35,579 bases of DNA, taken from positions 1 to 35,579 of the forward strand of contig NW_021828054.1 in the NCBI RefSeq assembly GCF_006345805.1. Reading direction: 5' to 3'. The DNA is from Octopus sinensis. Taxonomy: Eukaryota. A program made the position numbers and the translations under genes. The notes under the pieces are model-generated. The model ran no database searches and was not told the origin of the DNA. It worked only from the letters and a program-made list of their open reading frames with translations. This document shows positions 24,385 through 35,579 of this stretch, piece by piece (the stretch's first letter is position 1; each line of letters begins with the position of its first letter).

Positions 24385-24585
24385 TGGCACTAGTCAAGAA
24401 ATTTGGGGCAGTGGTTAATTCTACTACATCGATCTCATTATTGAACTGGTACTTAATTTGGTGACACCAAAAACAATGAAAGGCATATTCAACCTAGGCG
24501 GAATTTCAAGACAGAACTCTGAAACGGACAAAATGCCGCTAAGCATTTTTCTAGGTGTCCAAACAATTTCGTCAGCTCGACGGTT
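24385..24585 (-). mobile_element. SINE family B, antisense copy, tail-to-tail with the previous one
   Basis: gaaacggacaaaatgccgctaagcatttt and ggcggaatttc are reverse complements of segments in 24160-24375. Confidence 0.75.
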
Positions 24586-24848
24586 GAAGGCAAACAAGAT
24601 CGGAAATCGAGGTTCTAATTTGCTAAAATATCTGAAATTTAATTGCTTGAAATTCATAGAAAATGTAAACTAGATTTTCATCTTGAGCATGCAAAACTGC
24701 ACGAGTATTTCAGATTCTGATTGGCCATTTTACATTTGAAAAGGGATTTAGACAAAAAAAATGAAAAGAGATTGGTTGAGAAACATGCAACTTTGTTGCC
24801 ATGGAAATAGACAGAATGACGCTATTAAAACTTCTGTATATATGTATG

Positions 24849-24882
<34 letters not shown>

Positions 24883-24900
24883 TGTATGTATGTATGTATG

Positions 24901-24945
24901 TTGTCAAGCAATGCTAGGGTGACAAACACAGACACACAAACATAT

Positions 24946-25000
<55 letters not shown>

Positions 25001-25165
25001 TACGACAGGCTTCTTTCAGTTTCCGTCTACCAAATCCACTCACAAGGCTTTGGTCGACCCGGGGCTATAGCAGAAGACACTTGCCCAAGATGCCACGCAG
25101 TGGGACTGAACCCGAACCATGTGGTTGTTAAGCAAACTACTTACCACATAGCCACTCCTGCGCCT
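24901..25165 (-). mobile_element. SINE family A (3'-truncated), duplicated cassette copy 1
   Basis: tRNA-like head ends at cctgcgcct (25165); internal (AT)n. Confidence 0.9.
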
Positions 25166-25988
25166 GTATGTATGTATGTGTGCATGTATGTATGTATGTA
25201 TGTATGTATGTATGTACGTATGTGTGTATGTGTGTATGTACGTATGTGTTTGTGTGTATGTATGTATGTATGTATGTAATTATGTATGTATGTATGTATG
25301 TATGCATGTATGTGTGTATGTATATATGTAAGGATATATGTGTGTATGTATATATGTATATATGTATGTATGTATGTGTATGTATGTATGTATGTATGTA
25401 TCTATGTATGTATGTGTGTATGTATGTATGTATGTGTGTGTGTATGTATGTATATTTGTGTGTGTATGTATGTATGTTTGTGTGTATGTATGTATGTATG
25501 TATGTATGTATGTATGTATGCTTGTGTGTATATCTGTATGTATGTATGTGTGTATGTATGCATGTGTGTGTAGGTATGTATGTACGTATGTGTGTATGTG
25601 TGAAAGCATGTATGTGTGCATGCATGTATGTATATCTGTATGTATGTATATCTGTATGTATGTATGTATATCTGTATGTATGAATGTACGTATGTGTGTA
25701 GGTGTGTATGTATGTATGTATGAATGTATGTGTGTATATCCGAATGTATGTATGAATGTACGTATGTGTGTAGGTGTGTATGTATGTATGTATGAATGTA
25801 TGTGTGTATATCCGAATGTATGTATGAATGTATGTCTGTATATCTTTTTGTGTGTATGTATGTGTCTAAATATGTACGTATATCTGTATGTATGTATGTA
25901 TGTATGTATATATATCTGTATGTATGTATGTATATCTATATGTATGTATGTATATCTATATGTATGTATGTATGTATGTATGTATATC

Positions 25989-26020
<32 letters not shown>

Positions 26021-26203
26021 TGTATGTATGTATGTATGTATGTATGTATGTATGTGTGTATGTATGTATGTATGTACATCTGTATGTATGAATGTATTCT
26101 GTATATCTATATGTATGTATGTATGTATGTATGTATATCTATATGTATGTATATATTTCTGTATGTATGTCTATCTATATGTATGTATGTATGTATGTAT
26201 TTA
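25166..26203. repeat. Long compound (TATG)n/(TG)n satellite with a 72-bp higher-order duplication
   Basis: About 1 kb array; unit gaatgtacgtatgtgtgtagg... occurs at 25682 and 25754. Confidence 0.95.
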
Positions 26204-26630
26204 TACTCTTACTCTTTACTCATTTAATTGTTTCAGTCATTTGACTGCGGCCATTCTAGAGCACCACCTTTAGTCGATCAAATCGACCCAGCGAGTTATT
26301 CTTTGTAAGCCCAGTACTTATTCTATCGGTATCTGTTGCCGAACCGCTAAGTGAGGGGTATGTAAACACACCAGCATCGGTTGTCAAGCAATGCTAGGGT
26401 GACAAACACAGACACCCAAACATATACACACATACATACATATATATATATATATATACATATATACGACAGGCTTCTTTCAGTTTCCGTCTACCAAATC
26501 CACTCACAAGGCTTTGGTCGGCCCGGGGCTATAGCAGAAGACACTCGCCCAAGATGCCACGCTGTGGGACTGAACCCGGAACCATGTGGTTGTTAAGCAA
26601 ACTACTTACCACACAGCCACTCCTGCGCCT
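26204..26630 (-). mobile_element. SINE family A, full-length, cassette copy 2
   Basis: tRNA-like head, central gacacttgcccaag-type domain, (AT)/(CA) spacer, 3' tail ...gactgaaacaattaaatgagtaaag. Confidence 0.9.
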
Positions 26631-27244
26631 GTATGTATGTATGTATGTATGTGTGTATGTATGTATATATGTGTTTATGTATGTATGTATGTATGTATGT
26701 ATGTATGAACTAAAGCCAGCTGGGAATGAAGTAGGGATATTTAAATATCTGATATTTACTTGCTTGAAATTCTTAGAAAATATTAACTAGATTTTCATCA
26801 TTAGCATTTCAGGTTCTGATTGGCCATTTTACTTTAGAAACAGGATGTTGCCATGGAAATAGACTGAATGATGCAATTTAAACTTGCTGAATTTTATCTA
26901 AACTGGGTAACACCCACACATACCTAGACATACACACTATAGCACACACATACATAAACCCATCAACATACAAACTACAACATACACACGCATATATCTA
27001 ACTACAACATACACACATGGCACGCCGGAATGTCTATAGACATCCTCTTATTTGATTACATGAGAATAATATGCTTTTCTGTGTGTCGTTAGGGTGGGGG
27101 TTATTCAGGTTGCAGTATTCCTCAAATGCATGACTTGACCCACTTCTCACTTGCCAATTAAATTTATTCAGAATTACAAGTAGATTTCTCAGAATCAGCT
27201 TCTTGTTGTTTTATGTAGGTATGTAGGTGTAATTATGTAGGTAT

Positions 27245-27766
27245 ATATATGTATGTATGTATGTAATGTATGTATGTACATCTGTATGTATGTATGTATG
27301 TATGTATGTATGTATATCTTTATGTATGTATGTACGTATGTGTGTATGTGCGTATGTGTGTATGTATGTATGTATGTATGTATGTATGTATGTGTATGTA
27401 TGTATATCTGTATGTATAACTGTATGTATGTATGTATGTGTGTATGTATGTATGTATGTATGTATGTATATCTTTATGTATGTACGTATGTGTGTATGTG
27501 CGTATGTGTGTATGTATGTATGTATGTGTATCTATGTGTATGTATGTATATCTGTATGTATAACTGTATGTATATATAACTATATATATGTATGTATGTA
27601 TGTAAGTATGTATGTATGTACATCTGTATGTGCGTATGCACATCTGTATGTATGTGTGTATGTATGTATATGTGTATCTGTATGTATGTATGTGTGTGTA
27701 TGTATGTATGTATATCTGTATGTATGTATATCTATATATATCTATATGTATATATGTATGTATGTA
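27245..27766. repeat. Compound (TATG)n satellite
   Basis: Direct inspection; internal duplicated blocks. Confidence 0.95.
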
Positions 27767-27995
27767 TACTCTTCCTCTTTACTCTTTTACTGGTTTCAGT
27801 CGCTTGACTGCAGCCATGCTGGAGCACCGCCTTTAGTCCAGCAAATCGACCCCGGGAGTTATTCTTTGTAAGCCCAGTACTTATTCTATCGGTCTCTGTT
27901 GCTGGACCGCTAAGTGACGGGTATGTAAACACACCAGCATCGGTTGTCAAGCAATGCTAGGTGGACAAACACAGACTCACAAACATATACACCAC

Positions 27996-28027
<32 letters not shown>

Positions 28028-28220
28028 GATAATATATATATATATATACATATATACGACAGGCTTCTTTCAGTTTCCGTCTACCAAATACACTCACAAG
28101 GCTTTGGTCGGCCCGAGGCTATAGCAGAAGACACTTGCCCAAGATGCCACGCAGTGGGACTGAACCCGGAACCAAGTGGCTTTTAAGCAAACTGCTTCCC
28201 ACACAGCCACTCCTGCGCCT
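27767..28220 (-). mobile_element. SINE family A, full-length, cassette copy 3
   Basis: Collinear with 26204-26630 and shares its private variants. Confidence 0.9.
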
Positions 28221-28339
28221 GTATGTATGTATGTATGTATGTATGTCTATATGTCTGTATGTGTGTATGTATGTATGTGTGTATGTATGTATGTATGTGT
28301 GTATGTATGTACTAAAGCCAGGTGCGAATGAAGTAGGGA

Positions 28340-28720
28340 TATTTCCAGAGAAGCACTCAACCCGAATACTGCCGGCATCAAATACTCTTCTACGAATTGT
28401 TCTTTGGTTAGGAACCTTGTCTTCTTGCGTTCAACCAGCTTGAATAGCTTCGGAAGACTTTCTGGCAAACTGGCTACAATGATAGCGTCATCCATTCGCT
28501 TGGTAGAGATTTGGAGGCGATCTGTACGCATATCAAATCCATATTTTAAATGGGTTTCGAGTTGTTTATTGACTTTGAAACAGTTCTCTGTGTCAGTTTT
28601 AATCTTTCACCAATTTGTCGAGTGCTGCATACTTCTTCGTACAGAATATTTATTTCAGCATTAGTTCACGACGAAAATCTTTGACTAGCTATTCTTTACA
28701 ACGACAGGAAGATGACTAAC
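28340..28720 (-). mobile_element. Tc1-like transposase N-terminal remnant
   Basis: EINILYEEVCSTRQIGERLKLTQRTVSKSI (HTH), RTDRLQISTKRMDDAI (RxGRP..T.R.D-like), QRTIRRRVFDAG (second HTH), in order across frameshifts. Confidence 0.65.
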
Positions 28721-28916
28721 AAGAAGGAAGAATATGTGTTAGTGACAACCTATCAGAGATTGGATCGGTCAATCAGAAAACACCAACAGATCAAGGCTCA
28801 CGCAGAAATCATGATCATTCTGACGGATAAAAGAGATTTGAAGCATCGACTAACGATTTGATATAGCATCATTTGGGTGGATTGTTGTTTATAAGTCCGT
28901 GAGTCGTCCATTCCGG

Positions 28917-28918
<2 letters not shown>

Positions 28919-28973
<55 letters not shown>

Positions 28974-29012
28974 ATATATATATATCTATATATATATATA
29001 TATATATATATC

Positions 29013-29046
<34 letters not shown>

Positions 29047-29056
29047 ATATAATTTA

Positions 29057-29152
<96 letters not shown>
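28919..29152. repeat. (AT)n microsatellite
   Basis: Direct inspection. Confidence 0.95.
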
Positions 29153-29294
29153 ATTGTCGTGCAGTTAGTGTATATACCTTGTTCAGTGATTTATTGTTGC
29201 TTATATACACTTTTTAAAAATCAGTGATGAAAAGTTACTGGAAAAATGATATAAATATTTGCATTGGGACTCCTTTCATCGAAAACCGGTGATT

Positions 29295-29348
29295 GTAGTG
29301 CGCTGATGACGAGTCAAAACCCAGAAACTGCAGTCGGTGCGTATCACT
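29295..29348 (+). ncRNA. Degenerate minimal hammerhead-like motif
   Basis: CTGATGA (29303-29309), imperfect stem II cgagt-caaa-accca, GAAA (29324-29327), palindromic ACTGCAGT, GTC; stem I out of register. Confidence 0.35.
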
Positions 29349-29570
29349 TAGCTTATCGAGAGAAGGATGACCGCCCTACGCAAATACTGATAGGGCACAG
29401 AAAGTGTGCCTATAGCCAGCTGGAGGAGATGTTCTGCTGGGGCTACAAGCTACAGTAACACCCACCCTTAGTGGCTAGCCATATTGAGATTGCAAATATA
29501 CCTCACATTGTCGTGTAGTTACTGTTTATACCACGTTCAGAGATATATTGTTGCGTATATATATACAAAG

Positions 29571-29710
<140 letters not shown>

Positions 29711-29801
29711 ATATGCGTATGTATATATATACATACATACAAAGATATATAAAAATAAAATTGTACCAGGTAAGATTGATTGGTAAACATTATTATGAAA
29801 A

Positions 29802-30331
29802 TGTCGGAGTCAGCAGATGCATCGAAAAAAAGTTGTTGTTCTAATCGCATACCGTAGGATGTGAAAGATGAACAATGCAGGAAGTTTTAAGGAAATCTTT
29901 ATTTACCGTTACGTTACAATACCTTGCCTCGATGAACAGGTTATAATAGATCAAAAAGCGTGCGAAGTAAAGTTTGATAGGGTAGACCGCTTCTTTATAT
30001 AGTTTGGCGTATACCAATAGTTAGTAGTAATCCACAGATATCGGCAGAATGATGTTGTAAGAGAAGAGAATTAGAGCTGGTGAGATGTGTAGGGTATGGG
30101 ACGTTGTCTCACAGTTGCTGACAGTAAACTTCATTTCTCCCTCTGACCAAGGCTGGTCTGCCAGACCTCATTGAGTCATCACCGACTGTGACTAACTGAT
30201 TTTTGCTTGGGTTATTTTTGCAGAAGAATAGACATACCATTGAGAACAATATATTTAGTTGGTGGTCTTGTTATTTCTATACTAGCTTTTGTTGATGTAG
30301 AATAGGTTAGAAAGGGTCAAAGGAGAAGATA
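29802..30331 (-). mobile_element. Solo-LTR-like element, copy 2
   Basis: Collinear with 22213-22764 (gtaggatgtgaaagatgaacaatgca, tttaccgttacgttacaataccttgcctcg, gatgtagaataggttagaaagggtcaa). Confidence 0.5.
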
Positions 30332-30479
30332 TTATGTGGTGAGAAAACGGACATCAGACCAACACTTACAAAGGTGGGTGTAATAAGATGAGGCACTGAA
30401 CAAGGTCGACTCTGGCACAGTGGAAACCTAATGCACGGGGACAGAAATATGTAGAAGAGCGTGATGGTTGGCACTGATT

Positions 30480-31277
30480 CCCCTTGTAAATATACATAAT
30501 GATATATGCGCATGGTATCAATAAGTTGTGTATACTTTTCGATGCCTCATAACTTAATGGAAAAAAATTAATAGAGCGCATATCGATGTGCAATTCACTA
30601 ATCAGACGAAACAAAGATTATCCATTTTTGAAACGAATGATCACGTGTGATTATTTACAACATAAAATGGAAAAGCTCCTGGCGAAAACGATATGAGCCG
30701 TCTTCTATCTCTCCAAAAGCTGGTCTGTATCCGTAGAAGGTGATGTCCTGTATCTGCTGAGCCTGGAAGGGCATTGTTTATTATGAGCTACTTCCATGAA
30801 GTCAGTCATTAAAATTCAAACTATTATTGTCCCCGATTTCATCAATTAAAGGATGTAATTTATGAAAAACGTCCAGAACTGACTTACCGAAAGGACAACG
30901 CTAGACAGTACATTTCTTTGCAGACTCGGCAGAAATTGGTGCAGCTTGGGTGGGATGTCTTACCCCCCACACACACACACCGTACTAAACTGACCTTGCA
31001 CCTTCGGATTATCATTTATTGGGATCCTTGCAGAATTCTCTTAATGGGAAGAACTTTGATTGTTTAAAAGAGTGTAGAAGCTACTTAGACAAGTTAATGA
31101 CCCAGAAAGATACCAAGTTCTGGAAGGACAGGGTCATGAAGCTGCCTCAAAGATGGCGAAAGATAGGGGAACAAAATGGGAAATATTTGGTTTGAGTAAA
31201 GCTATGCACGGCAATCTAAAGACTATTAAAAAATTTTACTTACAAAATGCTAGAAAGTTTTTTGCAAACCGAACAAA
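30480..31277 (+). mobile_element. Second mariner transposon remnant
   Basis: RISMCNSLIRRNKDYPFLKRMITCD, KAGLYP*KVM...GIVYYELL, TRQKLVQLGWDVLP, DLAPSDYHL, KLPQRWRKIGEQNGKY; decayed 3' TIR near 31255-31277. Confidence 0.85.
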
Positions 31278-31309
31278 CACAGACATACATAATATAACGG
31301 TATTCATAA

Positions 31310-31512
31310 TGACACACACACACACACATATATATATACACACACATATACACAAACACACAAATACACATACACACACATACACGCATACACATACATA
31401 CACACAGGTACAAATACACACACATACACACACATACTCACACATACACATACACACACACATACACACACACATCCACACACATACACATACATACACA
31501 CACACACACACA
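31310..31512. repeat. (CA)n/(TACA)n microsatellite
   Basis: Direct inspection. Confidence 0.9.
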
Positions 31513-31723
31513 TTGGTTTTAAACTTGGCACTCGACCAGCAATTTCAAGTCAAATTTAAGTGGATCATATTAACCCACGTGCTTAATAAGTATTTATTTT
31601 ATCGAGCGAAACGATGACATGTAACAGCAACCCAGGCGACAGTAACGGTTCTGCCGGCTCAAACTGTATGCATGCATGTGTGTGTGTGTGTATGTACACC
31701 AATGTGTAGAAGTTTGTGCATAA

Positions 31724-31754
<31 letters not shown>

Positions 31755-32067
31755 AAGAGAGAGAGACAGAGTGAGAGAGGAAGGGAGCAAATTATAAATT
31801 CTTGGTATTTATAAAATACATCCTAAATTTCCCAGTTTAGACAAATTGAGGATACAACATAAACATAGTAATTATATATTTAATTACTTCTAATTAGCTG
31901 TAATTATGCAATTTCAAAGTGCTTTACTGCTCACAGGCTTAATTTCAGCCTGTTCATATTTGAAAACTATTCTTTATTTCATTTACGGGATTATTATATA
32001 TCTGGAAAGGCATTATTGCCCTCTCATCTCATTCATCATCTCACCTTGTATTCTCCCGTTTAGGGTG

Positions 32068-32490
32068 CCATAATCAACTGCATTTTATATTCATTTATAT
32101 TTAGGGGAACAGGACAATCGAAGGAGACTTTTGGTATCGCTAAGCCAAACAGAAATAGCAGTTGACAAATATGCCAGGAAAAGATCGTTTGGAATTCGTA
32201 TTAAAGATTTAGGACGAGAAATAGGGAAAGGGTTAGAATATAAGTTGTAGCTATGGGTATTCTCACATTTACAGGTTCCATAATCAACTGCATTTGAAAC
32301 TTATTTTAATAAAGTTTAGGGGAACAGGACAAACGAAGGGACATTTGATATGGCTAAACCTAAAGAAACAGCAGTTGACAAATGTATCAGAAAAAATTCT
32401 TTTATTAGGGATTTAGAACGAGAGAAGGGTTTAAAAGAGAGGCCAAGCGTTTGAGTTTTTAGGTTAGGGTTTAAGTTGTAGGTATTGGTT
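32068..32490 (+). repeat. Diverged tandem duplication, 210-bp period
   Basis: ccataatcaactgcattt at 32068 and 32278; tttaggggaacaggaca and cagttgacaaat recur at similar spacing. Confidence 0.8.
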
Positions 32491-32537
32491 AGGTTTAAGG
32501 GTCACGGTATACAGGTTAAGTTTAGAAATACGTGGGG

Positions 32538-32583
<46 letters not shown>

Positions 32584-32784
32584 TGTGAACATATGAGAAA
32601 AAAATAAGGTTTTTTAAAAATAAAAAATAAAGTATTTTTGTAATATCCAATGAGTAAAATGTAGAATTGTGAAACGAATTGTGTGAATAAGAAGATACAG
32701 CTTTTCTTCCACCCCCACCCACATATATATATATACACACATATATGTATATATGTATGCATGTATGTATGTATATGTATGTAT

Positions 32785-33040
32785 GTATACTCTTTTACTT
32801 GACCGCGGCCATGATGGAGCGGTGTCTTTTGGTGAAACAAATCGACACAGAATTTATTCTTTACTAGTGCAGTATTTATTCTATCGGTTCCTTTTGTCGA
32901 ACCGCTAATTTACGGGGACGCAAACACACCAACATCGGTTGCCAAGCGATGATGAGAGGACAAACACAGACACACAAACAAGGCTTTGGTCAGCCCGAGG
33001 CTATAGTAGAAGTCATTTGGCCAAAGTGAACCCCGAACCA
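32785..33040 (-). mobile_element. SINE family A, internally deleted
   Basis: gcggccatgatggagc...gaaccgctaa...accaacatcggttg...aaggctttggtcagcccgaggctatagtagaag. Confidence 0.75.
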
Positions 33041-33496
33041 TATATATATATAAATATATAAACGCATACACGCACATAGATGGATAGGATAGATAGATAC
33101 ATATTGATATGGTAAACTCAAGTTTGATGGCCATTATTTCCTGGAATGCAAACATGTTCTTAGCAAGGTCGGAATTAATAATAACAGCTCATATGAAGTA
33201 ATTAAATGGAACAATTAGAGAGTTAATTACTTTGTTTACGATGTATATTATTGCCTCAAGTGGGCGACTGACATGCATTTAACAATGACCAAATTTCTGA
33301 GACTCAATCTCTCATACTCTCACGCTTACTCACTTTTATTCTCTAACACACACGCTCCCTGTCTGTCTGTCTGTCTGTCTCACGTATGTAAACATGTACA
33401 TATATGCATATATTTATACATACATACATGTATGCATATACTTATACATTCTACACATCCTACACATGCATACCCACTCTCTGTATATATATATAT

Positions 33497-33527
<31 letters not shown>

Positions 33528-33564
33528 GTTTGTGTGAGTGTGTGTGTGTGTGTATGTATGTATA

Positions 33565-33885
33565 AAGGCTAAAGACCCCCTTCGGTCATGAATGAGCATG
33601 AGATTGCACCTAGAAAGTTCCCCTCGGAGGCATAAATCCGAGTAAGGCTGTTTATGGAAGATCAGAAGCCGCCCATGCATACTGGCCCCTCCCCTCTACG
33701 CCACCGATGTTATCCAAGGCAAAGGCAAAGAGGGCCGATATAGCTTGGCAGCAGTGAGGGGTCACAGCTCATTTCTATCGATTAGTGAACTGGAGTAACG
33801 TGAGATAAAGTGTCTTGCCCAAGAACACAACACACAGCTCGGACCAGGATTCGAACTCACAACCTCATCATTGTGATTCCAATGC
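33565..33885 (-). mobile_element. SINE-like repeat (third family)
   Basis: aaagtgtcttgcccaagaacacaacac central motif and ggattcgaactcac (reverse-complement B-box-like). Confidence 0.55.
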
Positions 33886-34519
33886 TCACACACACACACA
33901 CACACATACATACATAAGCACACACAAGAGTCAGCTGAAAAGTTCATTAGCTGATCAAAAATTTACTTGTGAGATTTTTGCTACCCTGGTAACTATTTAT
34001 TTAAGTTTTCCGTGTTAATTGTTAACAAGGTAAAAATACACTCATCTATCGATAATACATATATATGTATAAATATATATATATACGCATATAGGCATAT
34101 ACATGTACATGTATAAATAGTTGTGTGTGTGTATGTCTTGTGTATGTCTTGTGTATGTCTTGATAAAAAGTGAGAGAAAGCGAAATCCCGAGACAATAAG
34201 GGATAGCTGGCATTTCTTAAATACAACAGAATGTTGGCTAATTAAGGCACACACAGGATTCTCTTTCAGCACAAACATTGTAATTATCTTTTTAATTATA
34301 TCGAATGAGTAGTAATTATTTGATTTTAAGAAAGTTTTGTTCAGCAATCAAAGAGTGGAGATATTTGATATCGTTAAACCAAACAGAAGTAGTAGCTTGA
34401 CAATCCCGTATTTGCATAATGCATATATAGTTTTATGTATGTGTGTATATCAAATCTATATATAGATATTTCAATATGCATATATATACATGTGAATATA
34501 TATATATATATATATATAT

Positions 34520-35428
34520 ATAAGGGTTAAATGCAACAAGTTGCTCAAAACCGCATACCGAAAACATTAGAAATAGCAGCCAAAATTGGTCACAATTTCC
34601 TCTACTAGTATTTTCTGCCTTTTTTGCCATATACAGCTTACAAATTCTGTTTGCTTGTGGAGACTTTTTACTAGTAGAGGAAATGGTGACCAATTTTGGC
34701 TGCTATTTCTAATGTTTTCGGTATGCGGTTTTGAGCAACTTGTTGCATTTAACCCTTATTTATAATTATTATAACCCTTACCAAATATGGTCTTTTCCAT
34801 ACCGATAAATCTACTAGGTGAAATTGATTAATTTTATTAAATTAATTATATTCCACCCTTTATTGCATATTGAATACTTTTGCTCCCTTACAAGTTATCT
34901 ACGAATTTTTCGTTTCGTTGGTAACGTTTTTGTAGCTCACGTGGTAAATTTTGGAGGGAAATATGAATTCGCATGTCGGTATAGGTGTAGGAATGCTAGC
35001 AGTTCTGTTAGACCGTCCGATGTCGCTGATCGTATTGGTGTAACGGGTGAGTTTTTCCCCTAGCATTTCTAGATCTATAGGAAATATTATATTGACAAGG
35101 AAATGAACCTTCGGTTCTAATCCAGAAACGAGTCCTCTATAATTAATCCATAGGCTGGGATTTCGTTATTTTCTGCCTTTTTTGCCATATACAGCTTACA
35201 AATTCTGTTTGTTTGTGGAGACTTTTTACTAGTAGAGGAAATGGTGACCAATTTTGGCTGCTAATTCTAATGTTTTCGGTATGCGGTTTTGAGCAACTTG
35301 TTGCATTTAACCCTTATTTATAATTATTATAACCCTTACCAAATATGGTCTTTTCCATACGGATAAATCTACTAGGTGAAATTGATTAATTTTATTAAAT
35401 TAATTATATTCCACCCTTTATTGCATAT
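34520..35428 (+). repeat. Compound young repeat: 91-bp inverted arms (34520-34610 / 34669-34759) plus 262-bp direct repeat (34609-34870 / 35167-35428), flanked by (AT)n
   Basis: One mismatch between the inverted arms; three substitutions between the direct repeats; offset 558 bp. Confidence 0.92.
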
Positions 35429-35441
35429 ATATATATATAAT

Positions 35442-35516
<75 letters not shown>

Positions 35517-35579
35517 ATAAAAAATGAAGTTCGAAAATGCTGCTATATTATACAATTTTTAATTTTTATATATACATAT

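Noticed and set aside
34520-34759. piggyBac termini (TTAACCCT / AGGGTTAA)
   Set aside because: The motifs lie inside the duplicated arms facing outward, and do not bound an element with a TTAA TSD.

Overview
AT-rich, microsatellite-dense eukaryotic genomic DNA. The tRNA-headed SINE families and (TATG)n/(AT)n load suggest a coleoid cephalopod, probably Octopus (pattern recognition, not database-verified). Only one host coding exon is supported: a minus-strand first coding exon (4070-4260) encoding a signal peptide plus an LRR N-terminal cap, whose next exons were not found and probably lie left of the window. The rest is a transposon graveyard: Penelope-like (PLE), CR1, L1/Tx1, R4-like and ancient LINE remnants, two mariners, Tc1, pogo, a Buster-type hAT, solo LTRs, a probable Helitron, many SINEs and several local duplications. 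Most notable: (i) a young ~2.2 kb PLE foldback (two ~1 kb arms, ~99% identical) ending in (AT)n tracts, each arm carrying a minimal hammerhead-like motif with a non-canonical U3-A8 core; (ii) a short non-coding element at 34520-35428 with the same inverted-plus-tandem, (AT)n-anchored architecture; (iii) several inverted pairs that could form long dsRNA. Nearly all ORF-track entries are microsatellite translations or TE fragments.
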